64,000 bases of DNA from Polaromonas sp. (lineage in GTDB: Bacteria; Pseudomonadota; Gammaproteobacteria; Burkholderiales; Burkholderiaceae_C), in the NCBI RefSeq assembly GCF_043778355.1, contig NZ_JAYWHI010000031.1:60202-124201 (forward strand), given 5' to 3'. A program made the position numbers and the translations under genes. Position 1 is the first letter of the stretch, and every line of letters starts with the position of its first letter. This document shows positions 40,284 to 50,015 of the stretch, piece by piece. A model generated the notes under the pieces. That model made no database searches and was not told where the DNA came from. It saw only the letters and a program-made list of their open reading frames with translations.

Positions 40284-41489
40284 TCAGTCTGTGGCGCGCG
40301 ACTTCTTGACGTCGGCTGCAGGCGGCTGGAACTTGGCGCCGTCGAAATAGGTGTAGTCCACCATGACGCCCTTGCCGTTGTCGTTTTTGGTCTTGCCGAC
40401 AAACGCGCCCATGGTCGACTGGTGGTCTTCCGGACGGTAGGTGATCTTGCCGAAGGGGGTCGATACCTGCAGGCCCTTGAAGGCGGCCACCATCTTGGCC
40501 GATTCCGTGCTTTTGGCCTTGGCGGCTCCGGCGGCCACAGAATGGATCATGGCGTAACCGACCACCGAACCCAGACGCGGATAGTCCTTGTACTTGGCAT
40601 GGTAGGCGAGGAAAAAGGCCTTGTGCTCGGGCGTCTGGACGCCGTACCAGGGATAACCGGTGACGATCCAGCCGTTGGGCGTTTCTTCCTTGAGCGGGTC
40701 CAGGTATTCGGGTTCACCGGTCAACACACTGACCACGGTGCGGTCCTTGAACAGGCCACGCGTGTTGCCTTCACGCACAAACCTCAACAGGTCGGCGCCA
40801 AACAACACGTTGAAGATCGCATCGGGCTTGGCGTCGGACAGCGCCTGCACCACGCTACCGGCATCGACCCGGCCCAGCGGTGTGGCCTGCTCGGCCACAA
40901 ACTCGACATCGGGTTGCGCCGCCTTCAGCAACTGCTTGAAGGCCGCGACCGCCGACTGGCCATATTCGTAATTGGGGTACACGATGGCCCAGCGCTTTTT
41001 CTTGAGCTTGGCCGCCTCGGGGACCAACATTGCGGCCTGCATGTAGGTGCCGGGACGCAGACGGAAGGTGTACTGGTTGCCGCCCTGCCAGGTCATCTTG
41101 TCGGTCAGCGGCTCACCAGCAAGAAAGAAAAATTTCTTCTGTTTGGCAAAATCGGCCACAGCCAGGCCGGTATTGGACAGGAACGTACCGGTCAGCACAT
41201 CGATTTTTTCGCGCGAGATCAGCTCTTCGGCCACGCGCACCGCATCGCCCGGATTGGCATTGTCGTCACGCGTGATCAGCTCGATCTTCTTGCCGTTGAC
41301 GCCACCGGCCGCATTGATTTCTTCAACCGCCAGTTCCATGCCCTTTTTGTAGGGCTCGAGGAAGGCGGGCTGCGCCTTGTAGCTGTTGACCTCGCCGATT
41401 TTGATCACGCCCTGCGCTTGCGCTGTCACCAGCGAAGCCAGCAGACCCAGATAGGTCATGGTGCCCAGCACTCTGTATTGCATTTTCAT
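40284..41489 (-). CDS. Liv-type ABC substrate-binding protein (probable nicotinate/pyridine uptake)
   Basis: Signal peptide, GMELAVEEINAAGG, RDDNANP; located in the nicotinate cluster. Confidence 0.85.
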   Translation of the reverse strand: MKMQYRVLGTMTYLGLLASLVTAQAQGVIKIGEVNSYKAQPAFLEPYKKGMELAVEEINAAGGVNGKKIELITRDDNANPGDAVRVAEELISREKIDVLTGTFLSNTGLAVADFAKQKKFFFLAGEPLTDKMTWQGGNQYTFRLRPGTYMQAAMLVPEAAKLKKKRWAIVYPNYEYGQSAVAAFKQLLKAAQPDVEFVAEQATPLGRVDAGSVVQALSDAKPDAIFNVLFGADLLRFVREGNTRGLFKDRTVVSVLTGEPEYLDPLKEETPNGWIVTGYPWYGVQTPEHKAFFLAYHAKYKDYPRLGSVVGYAMIHSVAAGAAKAKSTESAKMVAAFKGLQVSTPFGKITYRPEDHQSTMGAFVGKTKNDNGKGVMVDYTYFDGAKFQPPAADVKKSRATD

Positions 41490-41533
41490 AAAAAACTCCT
41501 GTCGTGGATCGATTAAGCTGAAAAAACCCCGGA

Positions 41534-42118
41534 TTAGCGGAGCCCGTCTTCGCCCCTGATTTCGTGGATCTGCAGTCCGCCCACGCGCGGTAGAGGTCGG
41601 CCACTGTCTGTCACAACGACAGCGACCACAATTTCGTTGGCACGCGGCGCATCGGCGACACGGGCCTCCATCGCGTCGAAATGGCTGCGCACAAAAGCCG
41701 CGTCCTTATGCCCCAGGGGCACATCAATCGCGGTGCCCAGTCCACCGCGTTTTTTACTTGAAGGCACCAGGGCCGCGCCTTTTTCCACGGCAAGGCGCAG
41801 CGGCGCGCCCAGCTTGGGATGCAGGATGGCCGCGGCATGTTCGAGCTCGCCGGCCTCGCCAACGATCGCCGCCTTGCCATAACTCTGCGCCCGGCCCGGT
41901 GGGATGCCCAGCGCCTGCACGCATTTTTGCCCGAGCAAGGCACCCAGTTCCTCGCCGATGCTGACCAGTTCGTCCAGGTTTTCCTGGTAAACGCCGGCCA
42001 AGGGGTTCGCGATGACCGCCATGGCCAGCGCCCTGCGCGTCGGCGGGCTCACGGGTTGACCCATTTCCAGATGGATCTCGTCGACCTGAACAATGATTTT
42101 CCGGATGTTGGCTGTCAT
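41534..42118 (-). CDS. DUF1185 (amino acid synthesis family) protein 2
   Basis: ANPLAG, SYGKAAIVGEAGELEHAAA, VPSSKKRG, AFVRSHFD; start trimmed to ATG 42118. Confidence 0.8.
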   Translation of the reverse strand: MTANIRKIIVQVDEIHLEMGQPVSPPTRRALAMAVIANPLAGVYQENLDELVSIGEELGALLGQKCVQALGIPPGRAQSYGKAAIVGEAGELEHAAAILHPKLGAPLRLAVEKGAALVPSSKKRGGLGTAIDVPLGHKDAAFVRSHFDAMEARVADAPRANEIVVAVVVTDSGRPLPRVGGLQIHEIRGEDGLR

Positions 42119-42155
42119 GGATGGTCCTTGTGTTTGTTGCGATGGCGGCGGCGCT

Positions 42156-42797
42156 TCAGCGCAATCCGTCCCATTTGCTGATGGCGGCTGCGGCGAGGCC
42201 GCCGACACGCGCATGAATGCGCGGGCCCGTGCTCATCGCCAGGATAAAAACAATTTCATCGGCCAGCGGTGCGCCGGGAACCCGCACCTCGATCGCGTCA
42301 AAATGGCTGCGCACATAGGCGGCATTGATGTGGGTCATGGGCACGTCGAGTGCCGCGCCGGGTCCGCCCACCTTTTTGGTCGAGGGCACGATGGACAGGG
42401 CATTGCCCGCGCGTCCGGACTTTTCTTCGCCCTTGCCTTTGGCATAGGCCGCCGCATCCCCCTTCCAGCCCAGCAGTTCGCGCATGGCATAACCGCCAGG
42501 CACATGCCAGAGCGCGCCGTGTTCGAGCTCGCCGGCCGCACCGATGATGGCGCCCTTGCCATACCCCTCGATGCGCTCCGTGGGAACATCCATGGCCGCA
42601 AGCAGCTTGCGCGCCATCGTGAGCCCGACCGGGTCCAGCGCCGCCATCATCGGGAGGATCTCGGGCTCGAAGCGCCCGGCAAAGGGATTGGTAAGCACCA
42701 CACCGATGGCGCCACGTAGCAGCGGCACGGGCGCGACGGGCCCGAATTCATGCCGGATCTGCTCCACATGCGTGAAGATGCGTCGTATTTCAATCAT
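42156..42797 (-). CDS. DUF1185 (amino acid synthesis family) protein 1
   Basis: TNPFAG, GYGKGAIIGAAGELEHGA, VPSTKKVG, AYVRSHFD; start trimmed to ATG 42797. Confidence 0.8.
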   Translation of the reverse strand: MIEIRRIFTHVEQIRHEFGPVAPVPLLRGAIGVVLTNPFAGRFEPEILPMMAALDPVGLTMARKLLAAMDVPTERIEGYGKGAIIGAAGELEHGALWHVPGGYAMRELLGWKGDAAAYAKGKGEEKSGRAGNALSIVPSTKKVGGPGAALDVPMTHINAAYVRSHFDAIEVRVPGAPLADEIVFILAMSTGPRIHARVGGLAAAAISKWDGLR

Positions 42798-42819
42798 CGC
42801 TGTGCGTCCATCTGTTTCA

Positions 42820-43728
42820 TTAAGCAAATACCGAACCAGCTTGCTGATTGGCGCGGTGGTTTTCGAGCGTTCCCATGGCCGCAGTATCGGTGCTGGCGAT
42901 CTGATTCTGACAAATCAGCGCCGCCGACCAGATCAGGCGGGCGCCGCGCAGGGCCTGCGCACGTTTCAGACCGGCCCGCAAAGCCTGTTGTACCAGCGCC
43001 GGCTCCAGCGGCGGGACATCCACCGTGACCGCCAGATCTCCCAAGTCGGCGTTGTCTTTGAGCGCACACGCCGGACGGCGCTGAATCCGCGGATCGGTCA
43101 GGTTGACGGCATTGGCAATGACGGTGGCGGCCGCATCGGCCTCGGACGCCGTGCGCGCCAGCACCGTGACGCTGTCGGCGATGCCCAGTGAAAAGCTCCT
43201 GCCGCGCCAGCCGCTGGTGGCGACACCGCGTACCGGCAGCAGGCTGGATATGTCGAACTGCGCGTCCGTACGGATACCGCGTTGCAACTCGTCCAGGTTC
43301 AGACGCGCCAGATCCGCATACAGACCGATATGCACCGATTCGGATGGCGCCAGGTGCAAGGCAATATCGCCGCCGTTGTTGACCCAGGCCCGTGCCACGC
43401 CGCTGATCGAATAACAGGTAATCAGTTCCTGTGCAACGGCGCCGGCCACCGCCGCCATCGGCGTGATGAAACTGCTTTTGTAAGGCTGGCAGGCATGCCA
43501 CATCCGCCGTGCAATCGGGCCCTGCAACGGGCAGTTGCCCTGCACCGGAAGCCGTAACAGGGGGAGTTCTTCCACCAGTTCCCCCAGAATGCCGCGAAAA
43601 CGCAGCCATGCATCCTCGTGGGCACTGTCCACAGAATCGGGATCGCCGTTGGCACCGATCACGATATCTATGGGACCATGCTGCAGATGCCAGCGACCAT
43701 CGGGCAAACGGGTACGTTGAGCGTCCAT
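42820..43728 (-). CDS. UPF0280 family protein (ApbE-like superfamily)
   Basis: LQHGPIDIVI, ITPMAAVAGAVA, NNGGDIA, GVATSGWRGRSFSLGIADSVTV; start trimmed to ATG 43728. Confidence 0.8.
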   Translation of the reverse strand: MDAQRTRLPDGRWHLQHGPIDIVIGANGDPDSVDSAHEDAWLRFRGILGELVEELPLLRLPVQGNCPLQGPIARRMWHACQPYKSSFITPMAAVAGAVAQELITCYSISGVARAWVNNGGDIALHLAPSESVHIGLYADLARLNLDELQRGIRTDAQFDISSLLPVRGVATSGWRGRSFSLGIADSVTVLARTASEADAAATVIANAVNLTDPRIQRRPACALKDNADLGDLAVTVDVPPLEPALVQQALRAGLKRAQALRGARLIWSAALICQNQIASTDTAAMGTLENHRANQQAGSVFA

Positions 43729-43745
43729 ATCGGGGTCGGCCCCAC

Positions 43746-45359
43746 TCAACCAAGCAGGGGAGGACGCGCTAGTGGCCAGGGATTGGCGGCCGGCAAGGCA
43801 GTCCATTGCAGTGACGATGGCGCACCCTCGTTGTGCCAGGCACCGCGCGAGAGCGCTTCTTCCAGCGAGCGCACATGGTCCATGTGCCCGCCCAGAGCGC
43901 GGTAGTCTTCCAGCTTCATGCTGAACTCGATCGGCGCCACAATGGCCGGCGTGGGCACGGTGCCAAAACTGTTGTCGGGCATACGCATGACATCTACCAT
44001 CACCGTGATGCCGCCGCCCGGCCAGACATAGGCCGGCGCACCGCCGCAAGTGACATTGACCAGAGCGCTCTTGATGGCCCGCGTCAGCAGTACCGGGTTT
44101 TCGGTGACCCCGGCGCGCAAGCTGCCGCCGGCGCCGCCAAGGAATAACACCGTGGACAGGGAAGGCTCGCAGTTTTCGCCAATACGCTCGACCACCAGGC
44201 GCACCTCGGCCGGCATGTCCTGCTCGACGGGCACCAGGTCTTCATTGAGCACATACCAGCTCGCATGTTCCCCGGTGGTGGAGGTCATGAGCAGGCGCAA
44301 ACCCGGCCAGGCGGTATCGGGGTCCCAACTCTCGATGATGGACAGCGGTTCTGCGATGTCGGTGCCGCCCCAGCCGGTTCCTGGATTGGCCACCTGAAAA
44401 TAGCGGCCTGGCGTTGATTTGCGTCCGCGCATCTTGATGCCTGAGGAGCGCATGTCCAGGCACCGGCCCGCCTGGTGTTCGGTCAGCACACCCGTGATGT
44501 GGTCATCCACGACCACCACCTCGTCGAGCTTGCCGAACAGTTGTTTTGCAAAAATACCAATGGTCGCCGAGCCACAACCGACACGCATGCGCCGCTCTTC
44601 GACACCGTTGACAATCGGGGCGCGGCCGGCCTGAATCACGATCTGCGAGCCGCCGTCAATGGTGAACTCCACCGCCTTCTTGTTGCCCAGCAACTGCATC
44701 ATGTCCATGGTGACTCGGCCCTCTTTCTTGCTGCCACCGGTCAGGTGGTGCACGCCACCGAGCGAAAGCATCTGCGAGCCGTATTCCGCCGTCGTCACGT
44801 GGCCAACCACCTCGCCCTTGCAGCGCACATTGGCCTGCTCGGCGCCAAGAAAACGGTCGGTATCAATCTTCACCTTGAGGCTGCAGTAGCTGAAGATGCC
44901 TTCGGTGACGACCGTGACCATGTCCACACCGTCCACCTCGGAGGACACGATGAACGGCGCTGGCTTGTAATCGGGGTAAGTGGTCGAGGAACCGACGCCG
45001 GTGACAAAGACCTCGTCGGCCAGCAGCAGATCGCCGCTCCAGGACACCGGCGGAACCTGTCCGGTCGAATCGTCAGCCCCCTGCCGGCCGGCAAACGCGA
45101 GCACCTTTGCTTCACCCTGTGCCAGCGTGCGGCGCAGCAGCAGAACAGGATCCACACGAACCAGGGTGCCGCCACGATTCGCATACCGATCACATGCGCC
45201 GGTGCGGCCATCGGAAATCTGGCACAACACGGGGCAGGCATTGCACTCGATTTTCTCGCTGTTCATGCGGTCGTTACGCGGTCGGGCTTTTTCCAGCACC
45301 TGGCCAAAGGCCGGCGTATCCATGCCTGGCAAGCCGTCCGTTTTGGTGTGTTCCGTCAT
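43746..45359 (-). CDS. 6-hydroxynicotinate reductase-like Fe-S flavoprotein
   Basis: N-terminal CNACPVLC..GACDRY, TEGIFSYC, RVGCGSATIG, GAGGSLRAG; context with enamidase and NicAB; start trimmed to ATG 45359. Confidence 0.8.
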   Translation of the reverse strand: MTEHTKTDGLPGMDTPAFGQVLEKARPRNDRMNSEKIECNACPVLCQISDGRTGACDRYANRGGTLVRVDPVLLLRRTLAQGEAKVLAFAGRQGADDSTGQVPPVSWSGDLLLADEVFVTGVGSSTTYPDYKPAPFIVSSEVDGVDMVTVVTEGIFSYCSLKVKIDTDRFLGAEQANVRCKGEVVGHVTTAEYGSQMLSLGGVHHLTGGSKKEGRVTMDMMQLLGNKKAVEFTIDGGSQIVIQAGRAPIVNGVEERRMRVGCGSATIGIFAKQLFGKLDEVVVVDDHITGVLTEHQAGRCLDMRSSGIKMRGRKSTPGRYFQVANPGTGWGGTDIAEPLSIIESWDPDTAWPGLRLLMTSTTGEHASWYVLNEDLVPVEQDMPAEVRLVVERIGENCEPSLSTVLFLGGAGGSLRAGVTENPVLLTRAIKSALVNVTCGGAPAYVWPGGGITVMVDVMRMPDNSFGTVPTPAIVAPIEFSMKLEDYRALGGHMDHVRSLEEALSRGAWHNEGAPSSLQWTALPAANPWPLARPPLLG

Positions 45360-45437
45360 CGTGTTCGCCTTTTGTCGCCTACCATCGTGGTGCATCAACA
45401 CCAATGTAGTGCGCACTTAATTTAGATGTTGTATCTA

Positions 45438-45458
45438 CTACATTTAAAATCAATGTAG
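45438..45458. promoter_or_regulatory. Candidate operator in the divergent nicotinate promoter region
   Basis: CTACATT-N7-AATGTAG perfect inverted repeat; extra half-sites at 45403-45409 and 45551-45557; AT-rich intergenic. Confidence 0.5.
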
Positions 45459-45619
45459 CGCATGAAAATTCCCAGCGCAATAGCATTTCCACGGCAATAG
45501 CAAAATTATTTAAAAAATGTTGCGATGACTGAATTTTCATGTTGTGTTCACTACATTAGTGTGGCACATTGGCACCTGCATGAAAGATTTTCTCCGGACT
45601 TTCACCGCCAAGGACCGCT

Positions 45620-45787
45620 GTGACCCCCGTCGTAACCAACCCTCGTGTCGAAGATACCGACTGTGTCGAGATCTGCCCCGTAGACTGCTTCCGGGAAAGC
45701 CTCCCTTCCCCGGAGGCGGCACAATGGCAGGGTAAAACCGGTAAGCTTTCAAGCCTGGATCCGGCCCTGCTGGCCTTACCCCACTGA
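45620..45787 (+). pseudogene. fdxA: Internally deleted 7Fe ferredoxin (fdxA) remnant, 55 aa
   Basis: VTPVVTNPRVEDTDCVEICPVDCFRE joined directly to SLPSPEAAQWQGKTGKLSSL; AAGGA RBS; first two Cys and the whole second cluster motif missing; directly upstream of fpr. Confidence 0.75.
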
Positions 45788-45813
45788 TCACCAACTCCCA
45801 ACCTGCAATTACC

Positions 45814-46587
45814 ATGAGCGCTTTCAACGAAGAAACAGTTTTGTCCGTCCACCACTGGACCGACAAGCTGTTCACGTTCACCACCACCCGCGATACCTCC
45901 CTGCGCTTCAGCAATGGTCACTTCACCATGATCGGCCTGCGCGTCAACGACAAACCCCTGCTGCGCGCCTACAGCATCGTGAGCCCGAACCACGAGGAGC
46001 ATCTGGAATTTCTCAGCATCAAGGTCGCTGACGGTCCCCTGACCTCACGCCTGCAGCACATGAAGGTCGGCGACAAGATCATCGTTGGGCGCAAGCCAAC
46101 CGGCACACTGGTGATCGACTATCTGCTGCCGGGCAAACGCCTGTACCTGCTGTCGACCGGCACCGGCCTGGCGCCTTTCATGAGCATCATCCGCGACCCC
46201 GAGACCTACGAGCGTTTCGAGCAGGTGGTGCTGGTGCACGGTGTGCGTCAGGCCGACGAGCTGGCCTACCACGACCTGGTGGTCGAGCACCTGCCCCAGC
46301 ATGAATTTCTCGGCGACCTGATCTCCAAACAATTGCTGTATTACCCCACCGTCACGCGCGAAAGCTACCGCAACATGGGCCGTGTCACCGACCTGATGGA
46401 AACCGGCAAGATGTTTGCCGACCTGAATCTGCCGGCGCTGGACCCGGCCACCGACCGCGTGATGATCTGCGGCAGCCCGGGCATGCTCAAGGATTTGAAA
46501 CACATGCTGGAGCAAAAAGGCTTCCATGAGGGCAACACCTCCAAGCCAGGTGATTTTGTGATCGAACGGGCCTTCGCAGAGCAGTAA
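45814..46587 (+). CDS. fpr: Ferredoxin-NADP+ reductase (bacterial subclass I)
   Basis: RAYSIVS, GPLTSRL, LSTGTGLAPF, MICGSPGML, C-terminal ERAF. Confidence 0.93.
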   Translation: MSAFNEETVLSVHHWTDKLFTFTTTRDTSLRFSNGHFTMIGLRVNDKPLLRAYSIVSPNHEEHLEFLSIKVADGPLTSRLQHMKVGDKIIVGRKPTGTLVIDYLLPGKRLYLLSTGTGLAPFMSIIRDPETYERFEQVVLVHGVRQADELAYHDLVVEHLPQHEFLGDLISKQLLYYPTVTRESYRNMGRVTDLMETGKMFADLNLPALDPATDRVMICGSPGMLKDLKHMLEQKGFHEGNTSKPGDFVIERAFAEQ

Positions 46588-46625
46588 GACGCAGTTTTCC
46601 AGCCCTGGAAACCACTGATCACGCC

Positions 46626-47345
46626 ATGACCGCCAAACCTGCGAAAACCGCCAGCGCCGCCAAAACTGCGAAGGCCACGCGAAACCCCGCAGCCCGCCTC
46701 GCATCCGCCAAACGACCGGGCGTGCGCGAACAGGCGGCGCAGACCACGCGCGACAACATTCTGCGGGCCGCCACCAAGGTGTTTGCACGTTACGGCTACG
46801 AAGGCGGCAGCGTGGAGAAGATCTCCCAGTCGGCCAAGTCTTTCGACCGGATGATTTATTACTACTTCGGCAGCAAGGAAGGCCTGTTCATCGAAGTACT
46901 TGAAGACATGTACCGGCGCATGAACGACGCCGAGCTGGAGCTGACGCTGGACCTGGCGCAGCCGGTGGAGTCACTCAAGGACGTGATCAATTTTGTCGTG
47001 ACCTACTACAGCAAGAACCCTGAGTTCATCACGCTGCTCAACACCGAAAACCTGCACCGCGGCAAACATATCTCCAAGTCGGCGCGTGCCCGTGACTATT
47101 CGTCGCCAGCGATTGCCATCATCCGCCAGTTGCTCGAAAGCGGCGCGGCGCAGGGCGTGTTTCGCGCCGACGTGTCTGCACGCAATGTCTACCTGCTGAT
47201 TGCGGCCACCGGCTACTTCTACATTTCCAACCGCCACACGCTGTCGGCCTTCCTCGGCGAGGACCTGCAGACGCCGGAAGCGCTGGCGCAGTGGCAAGCC
47301 TTCATCATCAGCACCGTGCTGCGCACCGTGATGCTGAACCCCTGA
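46626..47345 (+). CDS. TetR family regulator (RutR/NicS-like)
   Basis: ILRAATKVFARYGYEG..MIYYYFGSKEGLF HTH; ENLHRG. Confidence 0.88.
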   Translation: MTAKPAKTASAAKTAKATRNPAARLASAKRPGVREQAAQTTRDNILRAATKVFARYGYEGGSVEKISQSAKSFDRMIYYYFGSKEGLFIEVLEDMYRRMNDAELELTLDLAQPVESLKDVINFVVTYYSKNPEFITLLNTENLHRGKHISKSARARDYSSPAIAIIRQLLESGAAQGVFRADVSARNVYLLIAATGYFYISNRHTLSAFLGEDLQTPEALAQWQAFIISTVLRTVMLNP

Positions 47346-47365
47346 CGTCTCACACGAAAGAAGCC

Positions 47366-48562
47366 ATGGCAGAAGCAGCAGCAAGCGGCAAGTCCGGCAA
47401 AGTTGTCATCACCAACATCGGCCTGCTCTTGTCGGGCGACGTCGACCGGCCGATTCTGGACGCCGACACCATTGTTGTGAACGACGGGCTGATCGTGGCC
47501 GTGGGCAAGGCCAAGGACTGCGACATGGCGCACGCCCAGACCACCATTGACGCACATCAGACCTGCGTCGCACCTGGCCTGATCGACAGCCATGTGCACC
47601 CGGTGTTTGGCGACTGGACACCACGGCAAAACCAGATCGGCTGGATCGATTCAACCATGCACGGCGGCGTGACCACCATGATTTCGGCCGGCGAGGTGCA
47701 CCTGCCTGGCCGGCCCAAGGACATCGTCGGCCTGAAGGCGCTGGCCATCACCGCCCAGCGCGCCTTCGACAACTTCAGGCCCGGCGGCGTGAAGGTGCTG
47801 GCCGGCGCGCCCATCATTGAAAAAGGCATGGTCGAGCAGGATTTCAAGGAACTGGCCGACGCGGGCGTGGGCTTGCTCGGTGAGGTCGGCCTGGGTTCCG
47901 TGAAAGCCGGCTATGAAGCCCAGCAAATGGTGGCCTGGGCGCGCAAATACGGCATCCAGAGCACCATCCACACGGGCGGCCCCTCGATTCCCGGCTCCGG
48001 CCTGATCGACAAGGATGTGGTGCTGGAGGCCGACGCCGACGTCATCGGCCACATCAACGGCGGGCACACCTCACTGTCGGAACAGCATGTTTGCGAGCTC
48101 TGCGAAAAATCCTCGCGCGCCATTGAAATCGTCCACAACGGCAACGAAAAAGTCGCGATTGCCGCTGCACAGGCCGCGCTGCAGCTTAAATGCCCGCACC
48201 GCGTGATCCTGGGCACCGACGGCCCGGCGGGATCGGGCGTGCAGCCGCTGGGCATGTTGCGCCTGATCTCATTGCTGTCCAGTCTGGGCAATATCCCGGC
48301 AGAGCTGGCCTTTTGTTTCGCCACCGGCAACACAGCACGCATCCGCAAGCTCAATTGCGGCCTGATCGAGGTCGGGCGCGACGCTGATTTTGTTTTCATG
48401 GACAAGGCACAGCACACGGCCGGTCGTGACCTGCTCGACAGCGTGCAGCGCGGCGACATCCCCGGCGTCGGTATGGTGATGATTGACGGCCTCGTGCGCT
48501 GCGGCCGCAGCCGCAACACGCCGCCAGCCACCACCATTCCCAGCGTGTCGGCGCAGGCCTGA
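47366..48562 (+). CDS. Enamidase-like amidohydrolase
   Basis: DSHVH, HGGVTTMISAG, PGRPKD, GEVGLG, HTGGPSIPGS, HINGG, SRNTPPA motifs closely follow Eubacterium barkeri enamidase as I recall it; start trimmed to ATG 47366. Confidence 0.85.
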   Translation: MAEAAASGKSGKVVITNIGLLLSGDVDRPILDADTIVVNDGLIVAVGKAKDCDMAHAQTTIDAHQTCVAPGLIDSHVHPVFGDWTPRQNQIGWIDSTMHGGVTTMISAGEVHLPGRPKDIVGLKALAITAQRAFDNFRPGGVKVLAGAPIIEKGMVEQDFKELADAGVGLLGEVGLGSVKAGYEAQQMVAWARKYGIQSTIHTGGPSIPGSGLIDKDVVLEADADVIGHINGGHTSLSEQHVCELCEKSSRAIEIVHNGNEKVAIAAAQAALQLKCPHRVILGTDGPAGSGVQPLGMLRLISLLSSLGNIPAELAFCFATGNTARIRKLNCGLIEVGRDADFVFMDKAQHTAGRDLLDSVQRGDIPGVGMVMIDGLVRCGRSRNTPPATTIPSVSAQA

Positions 48563-48572
48563 GGCGCAGGCC

Positions 48573-49187
48573 ATGCCGCAGTTTGCGTCACCGACGCGCG
48601 ATGAACTCGCGCTACTCGAGCCGCTGGATCGACTGGGCCCGGCCGATATCGTGCTGGTCGCCACCGAAGCGCAGGCCGAAGACGCCTGGAAGGTTCTGTC
48701 GGGCTGCAGCGTGCTCGGTTTCGACACCGAGTCCAAACCCACTTTTTTCCGCGACCAGGTGTCTGAAGGCCCGCACGTGGTGCAACTGTCCACACTCGAC
48801 AAGGCCTGGGTGTTTCAGCTCTTCGATGCGCGGTGCCGTGAAGTGGTGGCAGCGCTGCTGGAGGCCGAGCACATCACCAAGGTCGGTTTCGGCCTGGCTG
48901 GCGACCACACGCAGATCCGTCGCACCCTGGGCGTGGAGCCGCGCAATGTGCTGGACCTGAACGTGGTGTTCCGCAAAAAAGGGTATGCAAAAGAGATCGG
49001 CGTGCGTGGCGCGGTGGCCGTGCTGTTCAATCGCCGCTTCATGAAATCGAAAAAGGCGACCACCTCCAATTGGGCGAATCGCCAGCTCAGCGAAAGTCAG
49101 CTGGTGTATGCCGCGAACGATGCCTGGGCCGCCGCACTGGTGTTCGACGCGCTGGACTTGCCATCGGGCCGGGCGCGTGAACACTGA
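48573..49187 (+). CDS. 3'-5' exonuclease (DEDDy, RNase D/WRN-like)
   Basis: LGFDTESKP ExoI, VLDL, YAANDA ExoIII; start trimmed to ATG 48573. Confidence 0.85.
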   Translation: MPQFASPTRDELALLEPLDRLGPADIVLVATEAQAEDAWKVLSGCSVLGFDTESKPTFFRDQVSEGPHVVQLSTLDKAWVFQLFDARCREVVAALLEAEHITKVGFGLAGDHTQIRRTLGVEPRNVLDLNVVFRKKGYAKEIGVRGAVAVLFNRRFMKSKKATTSNWANRQLSESQLVYAANDAWAAALVFDALDLPSGRAREH

Positions 49188-49295
49188 GCGATGACGCTCT
49201 GTACCGCAGATAACCGCTTCTCGAGGCTATCGCAGCCAGATTGGCACGCAGGGTCTGCGCACGCAGACCACCACCTGCCGGACCATCAACGGGTG

Positions 49296-49805
49296 TCAGC
49301 CGCCGAACAGGCCCTGGATAATGTCCACGATCAGGTTGTTCTGCTGTTGCACCAATACGATGTCCCCGCCGATGCGGGTATAGCGGTAACCGTAAGGCGC
49401 AGGCGGTAGTTGCACAATAACGGGTTGCGGCACCGCGTAGGTTGTCACACCACGCGGAATCGGCTGTCCAACAGCCCAGTTGCGTGCCTGGCCTGGGGGC
49501 ATGCAGCCATTGTTCTTTTTGGCCAAGCCTGGAGGGCACTTTTTACCGCTCGCGTAATTTTGCGTGTAGTACTGACGCACAACCGTACGTTGCTGATCGT
49601 TGAAGTAGGTGCCAGCCTGGATGTCCTTGCGCTCCCGCTTGTCGGCCTTGGCGTGCTCCTTGGATTCGTGCTTCTGGGCGTATTTGCCCTTGCCTTTGCC
49701 ACCATGATCGTCATCGTCCTTTCCCTTTGACAACGCGGGTCCAGCAAGCATGACGGTAGCGATAGCCAATGTCAGCATGCGGGTTTTGGATAAAAAATGA
49801 GTCAT
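49296..49805 (-). CDS. Secreted RcnB-like protein
   Basis: Signal peptide, [19 protein letters not shown] motif, C-terminal [12 protein letters not shown]. Confidence 0.7.
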   Translation of the reverse strand: MTHFLSKTRMLTLAIATVMLAGPALSKGKDDDDHGGKGKGKYAQKHESKEHAKADKRERKDIQAGTYFNDQQRTVVRQYYTQNYASGKKCPPGLAKKNNGCMPPGQARNWAVGQPIPRGVTTYAVPQPVIVQLPPAPYGYRYTRIGGDIVLVQQQNNLIVDIIQGLFGG

Positions 49806-50015
49806 GGCGTGTTTCCTTAAAAGAAGCCGTGATTGGCTTGTGAACAGCTTGTCACGTTTTCTTACACCCTCTCGTAGGAGGTCAATCCCAGTGGAGGTAG
49901 GTCAGCGACGTCAGCAAATTCCGGGAGGCCATAAAGCAGTCAGCGACAGTCGGTGGCAGAGCATCGCGTCGTTACCCTTGGACGGATGCGTTTTGCCACG
50001 GATGGGCACCGTGTC

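Noticed and set aside
45537-46002. Minus-strand ORFs over the fdxA remnant and fpr start
   Set aside because: Antisense to the recognisable ferredoxin remnant and fpr; no motifs
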